From a virus (Duplodnaviria; Caudoviricetes): a stretch of 26,438 nucleotides of DNA. The notes under the pieces were generated by a model. It saw nothing but the letters and a program-made list of their open reading frames with translations, was not told where the DNA came from and made no database searches. Below, in pieces: positions 14,867 to 24,753 of this stretch. Each line of letters opens with the position of its first letter. Positions within the stretch are counted from its first letter, which is position 1. Both the position numbers and the translations under genes were made by a program. Location: positions 1-26,438 of the IMG/VR virus record IMGVR_UViG_3300020045_003840; one strand, written 5' to 3'.

Positions 14867-16002
14867 GGATTATTGACCCCCGCGCATCTTAAAATTTGTT
14901 TACCACAATACATATTTATTCTAGCTGTTGCCGCTAAATCTTTTGAGTACATAATCGGACGCAAACCGTTACTTGCATTTGGTAAAGCTAAGGTTATTAC
15001 TAAATCACCACTTGTTGTATTATCGTTCATGTTATCAACTCTTAAAATATGTGTATTGGCATCACGTGTTAATCGAATTGTAAAACGATATAATTTATTT
15101 GCTAAAACAGGCAATGTGCTGGTCAAAACAGTTGGCGTGGCTGTATTTCGCGCCCAATATCTCCAGTTAGTATCGCCACGCGCCGAGCTAAAATTTATAT
15201 ACAGACCAGTATTAGGTGATACATCATTATCGGCAGCATCTGTTATACCCGTTTCAGTGGTTAGGGCTACACCTATTCTTAAATTTGTAATAGCGGCAGG
15301 TGTTGCGAGATATCCAGTCCAAACACCGCTTGTTCCCCAAAAGCTAGAGTTAAATAAGAAAATACGTTCAGGTATATAAGAACCACAACGATAACTTGCA
15401 CCAGCCGACCCACTTAATGGGAAAGTCAAACCGTAAGCTGCTTGAGTATTAACATCGGTAACATTAGATGTTCCAGTAATACTTATGCCATTTGACCCCT
15501 CTGTGGGCAACCTATAACCGCCACCTGTAGCTATACCATAAGCGGCAGTCCAACCTTGTTCAAAAGAATAAGACAGTTCATCGTTGCCGCTTGTTGAGCT
15601 ATTAAATAAAGGTACAGACCCGCCGCGCTTTTTAGAAAAAACTTTTATAGTATCGTCTGTAGGTCGTGTAGGTGAAGTGGCATTACCAGTTAAAACTAAG
15701 GGGTCACTTGCACCACCACCGCTTGGCGTAACCCATTGCGTGTTATAATCTGTTGCGTTTATTTTAGCCAACACTTGGCCATTCGTGCCACCAGCAGGAA
15801 CGCCAACACCATTAGTTCCGTTTGTGCCATTCGTTCCAGCCTCACCAGTAGCTCCAGTTGCGCCAGTGTCGCCTTTATCACCCTTTGCACCTGTTGCCCC
15901 AGTATCGCCCTTAACGCCTTGCACTCCCACCGATTGAATTGTAATCGTGTTGTTGGTTTCGTTTACATCAACAATGTTATTGACTTGCTCAACTGTTATC
16001 AT
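14863..16002 (-). CDS. Collagen-repeat fibre / receptor-binding protein
   Basis: 13 Gly-X-Y triplets, a GGTNGQVLAK...DYNTQW motif and a beta-rich C-terminal domain. Confidence 0.8.
   Translation of the reverse strand: MITVEQVNNIVDVNETNNTITIQSVGVQGVKGDTGATGAKGDKGDTGATGATGEAGTNGTNGTNGVGVPAGGTNGQVLAKINATDYNTQWVTPSGGGASDPLVLTGNATSPTRPTDDTIKVFSKKRGGSVPLFNSSTSGNDELSYSFEQGWTAAYGIATGGGYRLPTEGSNGISITGTSNVTDVNTQAAYGLTFPLSGSAGASYRCGSYIPERIFLFNSSFWGTSGVWTGYLATPAAITNLRIGVALTTETGITDAADNDVSPNTGLYINFSSARGDTNWRYWARNTATPTVLTSTLPVLANKLYRFTIRLTRDANTHILRVDNMNDNTTSGDLVITLALPNASNGLRPIMYSKDLAATARINMYCGKQILRCAGVNNP
15808..15927 (-). repeat. Collagen-like (Gly-X-Y)13 coding repeat
   Basis: GVQGVKGDTGATGAKGDKGDTGATGATGEAGTNGTNGTNG. 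Confidence 0.9.
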
Positions 16003-16340
16003 GTTGTCACCTTTGGCGCATCAAAATTGATAACGCCCTGCATTAAATAGGTGACTTCCGAGCCATTAACTAGGCGCAAGTCGTAAAAATACTCCCCGCT
16101 TAATTCAATAGCTTGGTCAGCCGTGATAGTGATTGCTATTGTGCCAGCCGCGCCACCTAAAACAATACCGCTTGTGCTAGTTAAAGTTAAAACCTCTTGC
16201 TCATCGCTTTTATTGCGTTTTAATTCCATGCGCGCGGTAAAGCCTGTAAGGTTAATAGCAGCCCCTGCATTATCCTTCCATGTAATAGTGCGCTTCCATG
16301 TTGCGCCTTGGTCAGCTAGTGCGTTGTAGGTATCGGCCAC
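15999..16340 (-). CDS. Virion structural adaptor (beta-sandwich, fibre-attachment type)
   Basis: QGATW...NLTGFTARM...GTIAITITA...YFYDL pattern of fibre-associated phage proteins. Confidence 0.7.
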   Translation of the reverse strand: MADTYNALADQGATWKRTITWKDNAGAAINLTGFTARMELKRNKSDEQEVLTLTSTSGIVLGGAAGTIAITITADQAIELSGEYFYDLRLVNGSEVTYLMQGVINFDAPKVTT

Positions 16341-16612
16341 TATTTAACCTCGTATGGCAAGCTGTCAATAATCGCTTGTCGGCGTTCAGTAGCGGCTAGT
16401 AAATCCTTAGCATCACCTGTAGCCATAGCCTTGATAAACATACCGTCACTGCCAGTCATAAGGTCAGCAAAGGCGGCTATGCGCTGTGCTTTAATAGCAG
16501 CATTGCGTTGCTCAAGGGTTGGCTTGTTAGCTTCAATAGCTGCTAATTCCTCTTTGGTTAATGAAATTGTGATGGTTTCGCCTGTTTCTAAGTCGTATTC
16601 AATTCTAAACAT
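16340..16612 (-). CDS. Tail fibre assembly/chaperone-like protein
   Basis: Likely ATG 16612 just after the fibre stop; ends RQAIIDSLPYE. Confidence 0.6.
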   Translation of the reverse strand: MFRIEYDLETGETITISLTKEELAAIEANKPTLEQRNAAIKAQRIAAFADLMTGSDGMFIKAMATGDAKDLLAATERRQAIIDSLPYEVK

Positions 16613-16613
16613 T

Positions 16614-17708
16614 TTAATACCCATATATAATATAAAGTGAACCGCTATCAAAAGTATTTGCGCCGCCTAGGGTTGTAATTCTCAATCTGTCAAGGACACC
16701 GCTTAATAATTTACCGCCAGCAAAATTTGACGTTGTTGTGTTTGACCATTCAGCCAAATTTCCGCTAATAGTCCATGCATCTACCCCAGGAAATTTTGTC
16801 AAAAAAACATGCCCTGTTCGTGAATTGGTTGCTGCAATAGTTGTTGGAGTTAATTGAATACCTGTAAATAAAGCAGCATAAGTTGTTCCTGTTCCTGTAG
16901 CGGAAGCATAACCACTAGTTTCTATGCCTCCACTATCTCCCAACTGCAAAATAATACCGCTTGTTCCATTTGTTGAAAGGTTATCAATTCCTAATATGAT
17001 TGTATTCACACCACTAGGGATTCCTGTTATATCAATTGATGACCCAGAAGGAGTGATTAATGCAGGCTTTGTGAGCACCTCTTGAAATGTTCCATCAGCT
17101 CTTAAAAATTTATTTGTACCACCACCACTTGCAGGTGTTAAGCCAGCCGCACTTGATGTGAATACACCATATGTCTTGCCAAGCATAAACCAAGCTGTGC
17201 CGTTGCTAATAAGCGTGATATTATCGTATTGCCCAGCCAAGCTTTGCGTTAAAGCGCCGTCAATGGTTTCGCTGCCGTTTGCGTCAATAGTTACAGCATT
17301 TGCGCTGCTATCAGTCTTTTTAACTGTAATCACAAATCCATCACCAGCACTTGCAGCCGTTGGCAATGTCACAGTAAATGCCACACTTGTAGCATCGGCT
17401 AAAATAGTTTTGTTGCGGTCAGTTAAAACAACTGTATAAGCTGTTGTTTTTGCTGTAGTTTCGGTAACTCTTGCCACAAACTTGCCATTTGTTTGGTCAA
17501 AGTAACCTACATCAATCCATGAGCTGTTGCCGTTATTGCGGATTTTAAGCATATTGGCGGTTGTGTCATACCACCACATATTACCGTAAGTCGTAGCAGG
17601 GGCTGTAGCGTTTGAATTATTGCTTACAATAGCCGCCAAAGCATCGTTAATATCGGCTCTAGTAGCGGGGAAAGTCTGGTTTGCAATTATATAATCATGT
17701 GTGCTCAT
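16614..17708 (-). CDS. Tail fibre protein
   Basis: N-terminal HDYIIANQ..P..RADIN.AL...MWWYDT anchor, central TVTLP...ETIDG domain and a variable C-terminal domain. Confidence 0.85.
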   Translation of the reverse strand: MSTHDYIIANQTFPATRADINDALAAIVSNNSNATAPATTYGNMWWYDTTANMLKIRNNGNSSWIDVGYFDQTNGKFVARVTETTAKTTAYTVVLTDRNKTILADATSVAFTVTLPTAASAGDGFVITVKKTDSSANAVTIDANGSETIDGALTQSLAGQYDNITLISNGTAWFMLGKTYGVFTSSAAGLTPASGGGTNKFLRADGTFQEVLTKPALITPSGSSIDITGIPSGVNTIILGIDNLSTNGTSGIILQLGDSGGIETSGYASATGTGTTYAALFTGIQLTPTTIAATNSRTGHVFLTKFPGVDAWTISGNLAEWSNTTTSNFAGGKLLSGVLDRLRITTLGGANTFDSGSLYIIYGY

Positions 17709-17732
17709 TTTAACCTCTTATGTTGTTGTATT

Positions 17733-20700
17733 CTAATATGCTTTTGCAATCCAGTCAATAGTGTGTTCTTCACTTGAACTACCATGAAACGTTTCAATGT
17801 CAAAACCATTAACCGTTCTATTGCTAATCACATAGTGGTCAGTCGGGTGGTCAACATCTTGAATAGTTATGCCGATATTTGGCACGGCAAAAAATGGCTT
17901 GCTAAATGTTATGGTTATGCCACCAATAGGCACTAACACATCTTCACCGCTTTCAAATCTATCAGGAACATCAACTGTTGCTTTTAAGGTGCTTATATTA
18001 ACGCTTGTAAAGGCATCAGGGGCGGTTACTTCAATCTTAAACTGAAACGCCCTAGCGTTATAATCGCCTATCACAAAAGGCCGCCAATCGCTCCATGTGG
18101 GGCTACCAGTTGGGTCATCGTTAGTTGTGCGAATATATGGCGTAATTGTTGCGCCGCTTAAATCTTCACCGTCAAACAAGCCTAGGCTATCGTCAAAGTT
18201 ACCCAAGGTTGAATCAAACAGGTTAGATAATTTATAGCTTTCAAAGTCCGTTTCAATCTGCACCCTTGCCCGATAAATAGCGCCTTGGTCAATATAGCCT
18301 GCGAATTGATAACTGCCGCTTGTTATAACGCCTGTATTATCGCCTAAATCAAATTCACCCTCAGCATCGTCAAAGTCACCTGTGGCATCGTCAAACAACA
18401 AAGCACCGTCTAGAGTTAAGTTGCCGTCAATTACCAGCATATTTGTTTTAGTGCCTGAAAATGCAGGATTTTGCACATCGTCAAGCAAAAAGTTAAGATT
18501 ATAAATGTTAGGATAATCGGTTTCAATCATAGCGGCACTAACGCTTTCAACGCCCGAACTATCCACCGCTTTAATTAAATAAGTGCCGCTTAATAATGGC
18601 AATGCGGCTGATGTAGCAATACCCGATAAAGCGTTACCCATATCCAAAGCATTAGCCCATTGTTGCCCTGTGGTTAAGTGCGTCCAGCGTATCTTAACAG
18701 CACCGCCAACCTTAACATCTAAATCGGTTGATTGATTCCAAGTTAAGTGCGCCGTGCCTTCAATAACATTCAAGCTAAATCCTGTTATATCGGCAGGGGG
18801 GGCAGTTAAACCTGACATCTCCTTATTCACATAAGCCCAAGCCGATAAACCGCCCAAGCTGTTAGCCGTTCTAACTCTAAAATCATATATCCCTTGCGCA
18901 ATACCAAATACAGTAGCTGTAAGTGTGCTAACACGCCCCGCAGGCTGCCACACATCGGTCGTTGTGAGTTTATACTCAACATCATAGCCAACTGTATAAG
19001 CACTATTCTGTGGCGCGTCCCAAGTGACTATGGCACGGCTTTGCACACCAACACCCACTTGCTCAAACAACTCTTCAGTTACCACAATGTTATCGGGCGG
19101 GTAAACATCAAAAGGGCTAGGCAAGTTAGTATCGGGGGCTGTGTCATATGTTGTGGCTTCCCCAGCGTTCCAGTCGTAACTTTCGGCTGAATCTTCCTGC
19201 ATGATTAAATCAATGCCGCCATCACCATTTAAGCCCCAGTTAAGCACACGGAATGGCTTAGAAGCCCAACCCATAATGGCATTATTAACCATGACCACAT
19301 CGCCAACTTTAAGCTGCAAGGCTTTAAGATTACACGGCATAGTTACAATAATACCTTGTCGGCTTTTCTCAAGAATAATTTTAGCTAACCTTTGGCAGGC
19401 TGTTTGGTCATTAACCAAGCCATATTCAATTTCTTGCCAAATCTCTTCGTCGTTATCTTGCGCCTTATAAGTAGCGTTTGAAACGGCTGGAAAGTCAGTC
19501 GGTTGCCATGTTGTAGGGTTGATATAAACCCCTTTAACAGCGTTAAATATATCTTGCCTATTTGGTCTAGCTTGCACGCTTAATTCTGACCGCAACCAAG
19601 ATTCGTCAATGGTAACTGTGGGGGTGTCATAGCTGGCGGGGTAAATATCAAACTTTCCTTGTGAATAGGTAGCAATACCAGCCATAGAGGCCATGATTTG
19701 GTTAAGGTTATCAATCGGCAAAGATGCGGTGTCTAATATACCGTTGATTTCATAGCGTTTTTGGCTTGAACCGTCCGCTAATAAAACTGATTCGTCACAA
19801 ACATTGGCCGCCGCTATAATTTGCGTATCGTTAATTTCAGCCGTTGAACACTTAAACCCATATACTGAAGTTAGATAATCCCTAGCTACTAAAGCCGCAT
19901 TTGTGCTGTAAACTGTTGTAGCGGTGCGTGGGTCATATAGTTTTTTGCCCTTAATCACGCATCTAATTTGTGGCACACCATCGCTAAAAGCCGTGTCAGA
20001 ATAATTTAACCGCACATAGATATAAGCAAGGCCACGGCCTCTATGGGCAGATGTCCATTGTGGGCTAACTGCCGCTAAATCTGTGTCATAAGTTTGGCTA
20101 TCGCTGCCCAAGTGCTTGTTAATTTTAACCAAAGGCTTGTAAGTATCATAAAATTTTAATACAGCGTTATCGGCAGGGCTAACCACAAGGTTTTTGGAGT
20201 TGCCAATAAAATCAGCTAATTCAATAACACCTGTTGAGTTTGGCGCAATAGTTACATTGTTTTTAATGCGGTAAACATACTCTTGAGTGCCTACCAAGTA
20301 AGAAATGCCCCAATTCTTATTAAGCGCAATTGAAACTGTGCTTGAGGTATTTTCAATGTTAAGTGTGTTGCCTGTTTGTCCTGCCCCATCAACTTGAGCA
20401 ATAGACTGGTATTGTGTTTTTACTTGCCCTGTTGAAGTTTCAATATATGGGGCTTCATAAGAAAAGCCGTCTGTGTCAAGATTTACAAGGGTTTCATTAA
20501 AATAAATCTGTTCAATATCTTCAACTTCATGCCCCGCCAAAGTTACAACCATATGCAGCACATCGTTTGGTTTTTCGTCATCGCCCTCAGTTGTCAAAAA
20601 GTAGGTTAATTGCCCTGAAACTCTTGAACGGCCATAAATTATTTTATGCGATTCAACTGCCGACCTAATTACTTGTTGAACGCCGCCCCAGCTATCGCTA

Positions 20701-20894
20701 ATCGCTGCGCCCTTAGATTTTTTGCTAAACAATTTAGAGCCAAGCGTGTTAATCGCTAAAGATGCAAAGCTGCCCACAACCGTGCCAACGGTTACAGAAA
20801 AACCCGCAATGCTAAATAATGTCATAGACGCTAAAGCGCCTGCACCAATAGCCGAGCCAACGGCGGCGGCGGCAATTGCAACTACTGGAGGCAT
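17733..20894 (-). CDS. Tail tip / host-specificity protein (lambda J-like, with FN3 domains)
   Basis: IIYGRSRVSG, GLAYIY..L, KGKKLYDPR...N.AL...DYL and FN3-like repeats (VTWDAP...YDFRVR). Confidence 0.9.
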   Translation of the reverse strand: MPPVVAIAAAAVGSAIGAGALASMTLFSIAGFSVTVGTVVGSFASLAINTLGSKLFSKKSKGAAISDSWGGVQQVIRSAVESHKIIYGRSRVSGQLTYFLTTEGDDEKPNDVLHMVVTLAGHEVEDIEQIYFNETLVNLDTDGFSYEAPYIETSTGQVKTQYQSIAQVDGAGQTGNTLNIENTSSTVSIALNKNWGISYLVGTQEYVYRIKNNVTIAPNSTGVIELADFIGNSKNLVVSPADNAVLKFYDTYKPLVKINKHLGSDSQTYDTDLAAVSPQWTSAHRGRGLAYIYVRLNYSDTAFSDGVPQIRCVIKGKKLYDPRTATTVYSTNAALVARDYLTSVYGFKCSTAEINDTQIIAAANVCDESVLLADGSSQKRYEINGILDTASLPIDNLNQIMASMAGIATYSQGKFDIYPASYDTPTVTIDESWLRSELSVQARPNRQDIFNAVKGVYINPTTWQPTDFPAVSNATYKAQDNDEEIWQEIEYGLVNDQTACQRLAKIILEKSRQGIIVTMPCNLKALQLKVGDVVMVNNAIMGWASKPFRVLNWGLNGDGGIDLIMQEDSAESYDWNAGEATTYDTAPDTNLPSPFDVYPPDNIVVTEELFEQVGVGVQSRAIVTWDAPQNSAYTVGYDVEYKLTTTDVWQPAGRVSTLTATVFGIAQGIYDFRVRTANSLGGLSAWAYVNKEMSGLTAPPADITGFSLNVIEGTAHLTWNQSTDLDVKVGGAVKIRWTHLTTGQQWANALDMGNALSGIATSAALPLLSGTYLIKAVDSSGVESVSAAMIETDYPNIYNLNFLLDDVQNPAFSGTKTNMLVIDGNLTLDGALLFDDATGDFDDAEGEFDLGDNTGVITSGSYQFAGYIDQGAIYRARVQIETDFESYKLSNLFDSTLGNFDDSLGLFDGEDLSGATITPYIRTTNDDPTGSPTWSDWRPFVIGDYNARAFQFKIEVTAPDAFTSVNISTLKATVDVPDRFESGEDVLVPIGGITITFSKPFFAVPNIGITIQDVDHPTDHYVISNRTVNGFDIETFHGSSSEEHTIDWIAKAY

Positions 20895-21292
20895 TATCTA
20901 ACCCCCCATGCTTTTTTAATTTCAAACATCTCTAAAAATACCAACCCACCTTGAGTAATAAATGCACATTTTGCCCCAACACAAATACCAACCGCTTTTG
21001 ATTTTGCCTCATAAACAATATCGCCCCTTTGTGCCATTTTAACATCAACTGGTATTAAATCGGGATGGTTATCTAATAATCCCAATATGCCGCCATATGG
21101 TTTAAGCAATTCATAAGCTTTTGTTTTTGTGCTATATAAACCCTCAAATTGGCTAACTGTGTCTATGCCCGATATATCACGCACTACTTTACCCATCCAC
21201 AAAGCGCAATCATGCTCACCCCATTTAAAGGGTTTCTCAAAGGCTAGTTTAATGTGGTTGTTTAGGATAACTTCCCAGCCAGCTTTACGCAT
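20894..21292 (-). CDS. NlpC/P60-like tail assembly protein (DUF6950-like)
   Basis: PFKWGEHDCALW...AQRGDIV; position before the tail tip gene. Confidence 0.8.
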   Translation of the reverse strand: MRKAGWEVILNNHIKLAFEKPFKWGEHDCALWMGKVVRDISGIDTVSQFEGLYSTKTKAYELLKPYGGILGLLDNHPDLIPVDVKMAQRGDIVYEAKSKAVGICVGAKCAFITQGGLVFLEMFEIKKAWGVR

Positions 21293-21848
21293 TCGCTTTA
21301 CGCCCCCAATATAAAGTTTTTTCTACTTGTTTTTCTGAAAACTCAAAAAACTTGTCACCAGCATATGCCCTTTGTTGGTCAGCGTCGTTATATCTGCGCT
21401 CATTTGGTTTTGACCAATCAGCCAGCCTGTTAATAATGGTTAAATCAATCTTTGACTGTTGCCCAATTTGTAAAGCCATAGTGTCCATGCGGCCTTTGAA
21501 TATTAACACAGGGTCAGCAATTAACGCCATATTATCATCAAGAAAAGCAAACCAGAATTGCGCCGAACGGCCTTGATAGTATTCAGTTAAAGCAATAGCC
21601 ACATTAGCAGCTTCAACACCGCTTAAAGTTACCTTGATTTTATCCACCGATAAATCGCTATTTTCACCTATGCCGTCAATGCCACCAAAAGCGCCCACGC
21701 CTAAATAAGTGTTGCCGTCATAAACCAAGTCACCAACGCCAGTATGCGCCCGCACAAAGCCACTAGAAAAGTCTAGCTCGCACATAATAACAGCCGTTAA
21801 ACTTGCGGCTGTAGAAGCGTTTTTAGCGTCGGTGGTTATACTTCTCAA
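21285..21848 (-). CDS. Minor tail protein
   Basis: Y.GVG.FG.I...LSG...F.GRMD...RYNDADQ...GDKFFEF...LYWG. Confidence 0.8.
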   Translation of the reverse strand: MRSITTDAKNASTAASLTAVIMCELDFSSGFVRAHTGVGDLVYDGNTYLGVGAFGGIDGIGENSDLSVDKIKVTLSGVEAANVAIALTEYYQGRSAQFWFAFLDDNMALIADPVLIFKGRMDTMALQIGQQSKIDLTIINRLADWSKPNERRYNDADQQRAYAGDKFFEFSEKQVEKTLYWGRKANA

Positions 21849-22450
21849 GATAGCACCTCAACACCGCTAAATGATATTTCATAAACCCCAGCATAGTTAG
21901 CTGCCCATTGGCAAGCGTCATCTTCAATCAACATCATTTGGCAACGTGGCGTTGTGATGTTAACCGCCGCATTATCGGCAGGGCTGTTACGCAATGGCGG
22001 CTCGAAAGTTATTGTGGCCTCACCGCTTCCATTAGTGTTAATATTGGCTGTAACCATTTTATACTCACCATTAACCTCGAAATAGTCACCCATTTTAAGC
22101 CAATTTGTAACCCCAGCCGTTGCGCCGTCAATTAACAAGGTGCTACCTGTTTGGCTTGCCCCCTTAACCAAAGGTGTGCCACCGCCTGCGCCCAATAACA
22201 CTTTGCCGTCGGGGTCATAACCATAGAACGAATTAGCCCCGCCTCTTAACTTTGCTAAAAACGCTTGCACCTCAGCGATATTAGCTCGCTTGCTAGATGC
22301 CAAAGTGTAACTTGCAAACCACTTAGCCCCAGGCAAATTAAGACGCTGCGTAAAGCCATTTAATGGGCTTGTGAAGCGTTGTGTATTGTATTTAAGGCCA
22401 AAGCTGCTTGAGCGTATTTGTATGCCTGTAGGTATGCTTAAAATTGTCAT
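21845..22450 (-). CDS. Distal tail protein (Dit-like)
   Basis: Directly after the TMP; SPLNG..Q...W...FL..LRG pattern with an inserted domain. Confidence 0.75.
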   Translation of the reverse strand: MTILSIPTGIQIRSSSFGLKYNTQRFTSPLNGFTQRLNLPGAKWFASYTLASSKRANIAEVQAFLAKLRGGANSFYGYDPDGKVLLGAGGGTPLVKGASQTGSTLLIDGATAGVTNWLKMGDYFEVNGEYKMVTANINTNGSGEATITFEPPLRNSPADNAAVNITTPRCQMMLIEDDACQWAANYAGVYEISFSGVEVLS

Positions 22451-24204
22451 GTTCTCCGCCCCACCGCACGGCTCATGCTGCCGCCATTGTTAATTGCCTC
22501 TAAAACGCTTGCCTTGGTCATTTGGTTAATTTGTGGCAATGCCTGCAATAATTCCGCCCGAACTGTTTGGCTAACGCCTGTAGATAAATTGATTGATTGA
22601 TTAACCACAATGCTTTGGCCGCCACCTGATAACTGATTAGCGTTCATAATCTGCCCACCGACATTTGGCACAAACAATTCAGCTCCACGCTCACCAACCA
22701 TATAAGGCGTGTTAGGGCTAACAGAACCACCAGCCGCACGGCCAAATAAACTACCAATATTTGAACCAATGCTGCTAAAAATACTGTTTAGAATACCGCC
22801 GCCTGAACTCTTACCACCATTTGAACTACCGCTAAATAATGTTTTGCCCCATTCTACTGCAATTTCACCAAGAGCGTTCATGGCTACATTTTTTAAATCG
22901 TCAAATGTTCTAATGCTGCCCAAGGCCGCACTATTCAAACTGTCTAAGCTTTTAATAGTCTCTTCATTTACTTTCTTAACAGCATCCGCCGCTTTTTTAG
23001 CAGCTTTTGGCACATCGTCTTCAAGGGTTTTTGTTACTTTTGGCTTTTCTGTGCCGCCACCTTGTTCTTTGCCTTTACCAGAAATAGCGTCCGCCATAGC
23101 GGCAGTTTGACGCTTATACTCTTCCAAAGCACTAGATGCTTCTTTTCGTTTTGCCGTGCCGTTTGCTATACCTCTAGCTTCGGCATCATAAGTATCTTCA
23201 ATAGCTTTTCTTAACTTGTTATAATCTTCTGGAGAAATCTTTGGTTTAGCAACCATAGTGCCTCCAAGCAAATTATTAACCTTAGCTATGCCATTATATA
23301 AACTATCCCAAGTTTTACTTAACTTAAAAGCAAAAATATCAATTTGTTCATTTATCCGCAAAAATAATATTTGCGTGCCTCTAATTGAATCTTTTAATAT
23401 ATCAAGTAATGCCACAAATAACTTCAACCCACCGCTATTTGCAAAGGTCACATATAACTCATTTAAAGCATTTTTAAAGCGATTAACTTCCGCTTGTGCG
23501 CTTTGTGCGGCACTAACGGCATTTTGCCCGAACTCTTGGCTTAAAGCTGCCCCAAACTTTTTAATAGCGTCTGTGCCAACCTCACCATTTTCAACCATCT
23601 TCATGAACTCGGCACTTGACACACCCATTGCTTGTGCAAATATCTGCACCGCACCTGGCAACCTCTCACCAAGCTGGCCTCTAAGCTCTTCCATGCTTAC
23701 AGTGCCTTTAGAAACCATTTGTTCTAAGGCTTTAAACACAAGCCCTTGGTCTGCTACACTTAACTTCATGGCCGTTGCAGCTTCCGCAACACCTGTAAAA
23801 ATAGCTTTGGTTTCGGCAAAAGTTAAACCAGCACGCATAGCACTTGCAGCAAAGCCAGCGAAACTATCACCAGCCACTACAAATGATAAACCCAAACGCT
23901 CGCTTTCAGCCCTAATAAATGCTATGGCTTCACCCGCTAATTGAACGCTACCAACGGCGGCCTCCATTTTAGCTTGCAGGGCTTCCATTTGCATACCAGC
24001 TTGGCCGATTGATTGCACAACTTGCACACCAAAATAAGCACTTACTATGCCGCCAAGGTTTCTAAAATGCCCTGCTATTTTATTGGTTTTAGTTTCAACA
24101 TTGCCAGAAAACTTATTGACGCTAGTTTCTGCCTTGCCCAAAGCGGCCTGCAAGTTGCTGACATCACCTCGTAATTGAATAACTAAATCTTCAAGTTTTG
24201 CCAT
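22447..24204 (-). CDS. Tape measure protein
   Basis: Tape-measure domain (ALEQMVSKGTVSMEELRGQLGERLPGA) and C-terminal RAAGG.V...YMVGERGAELFVP. Confidence 0.95.
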   Translation of the reverse strand: MAKLEDLVIQLRGDVSNLQAALGKAETSVNKFSGNVETKTNKIAGHFRNLGGIVSAYFGVQVVQSIGQAGMQMEALQAKMEAAVGSVQLAGEAIAFIRAESERLGLSFVVAGDSFAGFAASAMRAGLTFAETKAIFTGVAEAATAMKLSVADQGLVFKALEQMVSKGTVSMEELRGQLGERLPGAVQIFAQAMGVSSAEFMKMVENGEVGTDAIKKFGAALSQEFGQNAVSAAQSAQAEVNRFKNALNELYVTFANSGGLKLFVALLDILKDSIRGTQILFLRINEQIDIFAFKLSKTWDSLYNGIAKVNNLLGGTMVAKPKISPEDYNKLRKAIEDTYDAEARGIANGTAKRKEASSALEEYKRQTAAMADAISGKGKEQGGGTEKPKVTKTLEDDVPKAAKKAADAVKKVNEETIKSLDSLNSAALGSIRTFDDLKNVAMNALGEIAVEWGKTLFSGSSNGGKSSGGGILNSIFSSIGSNIGSLFGRAAGGSVSPNTPYMVGERGAELFVPNVGGQIMNANQLSGGGQSIVVNQSINLSTGVSQTVRAELLQALPQINQMTKASVLEAINNGGSMSRAVGRRT

Positions 24205-24744
24205 TCTTTATACTTCCACTTGGTGCGCCGTATTTATCCATTAAATCAAACAACTTGCCTTTATCCAACGGCTCGCTGTAACCTTTGCTCTTACTATAAA
24301 CATTAAAGCAAGCCCAAAACTCACTCATGGTCATGTTGTAAAAGTCGCTAGGTGAAATCTTTATCAATCCAACCGCACAACCAAAAAAATCATGCCAAGG
24401 TGTAGGCTCGTTTAACGGCGTTGTTTTGACTGCGGCTTTCCCACAGGTTGCCCTACAAGATGCGCCTCCAAAAACTTGCTAACATATGGCATAAAGTGCA
24501 TTATGCCTTTTTGCTCTAACTCAACCTCAATATCGGCCTTTTCTAGTCTATCCACACCACCATTCAAACCATGGTAAATGATAGTTAAAACATCTTTTGC
24601 GCCAATATCGCCTTGCATGACTCTATTTACAATCATAACGCTATTAGCCCCCAAGTCGGATTCAATATCCATGATTGCCTTAATGCGTGGGCGCATAATA
24701 CGCTCACGGCCTGCAATATCAATTTTTACTTCGGGGGCTAACAT
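24191..24744 (-). CDS. Tail assembly chaperone G-T fusion via -1 frameshift (184 aa)
   Basis: Slippery G GGA AAG at 24436-24442; the -1 frame is open to TGA 24191 (…PWHDFFGCAVGLIKISPSDFYNMTMSEF…). Confidence 0.85.
24412..24744 (-). CDS. Tail assembly chaperone (gpG-like, GTA gp10-like)
   Basis: Lies between the tail tube and the TMP. Confidence 0.85.
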   Translation of the reverse strand: MLAPEVKIDIAGRERIMRPRIKAIMDIESDLGANSVMIVNRVMQGDIGAKDVLTIIYHGLNGGVDRLEKADIEVELEQKGIMHFMPYVSKFLEAHLVGQPVGKPQSKQRR

Positions 24745-24753
24745 AGTCTAACC

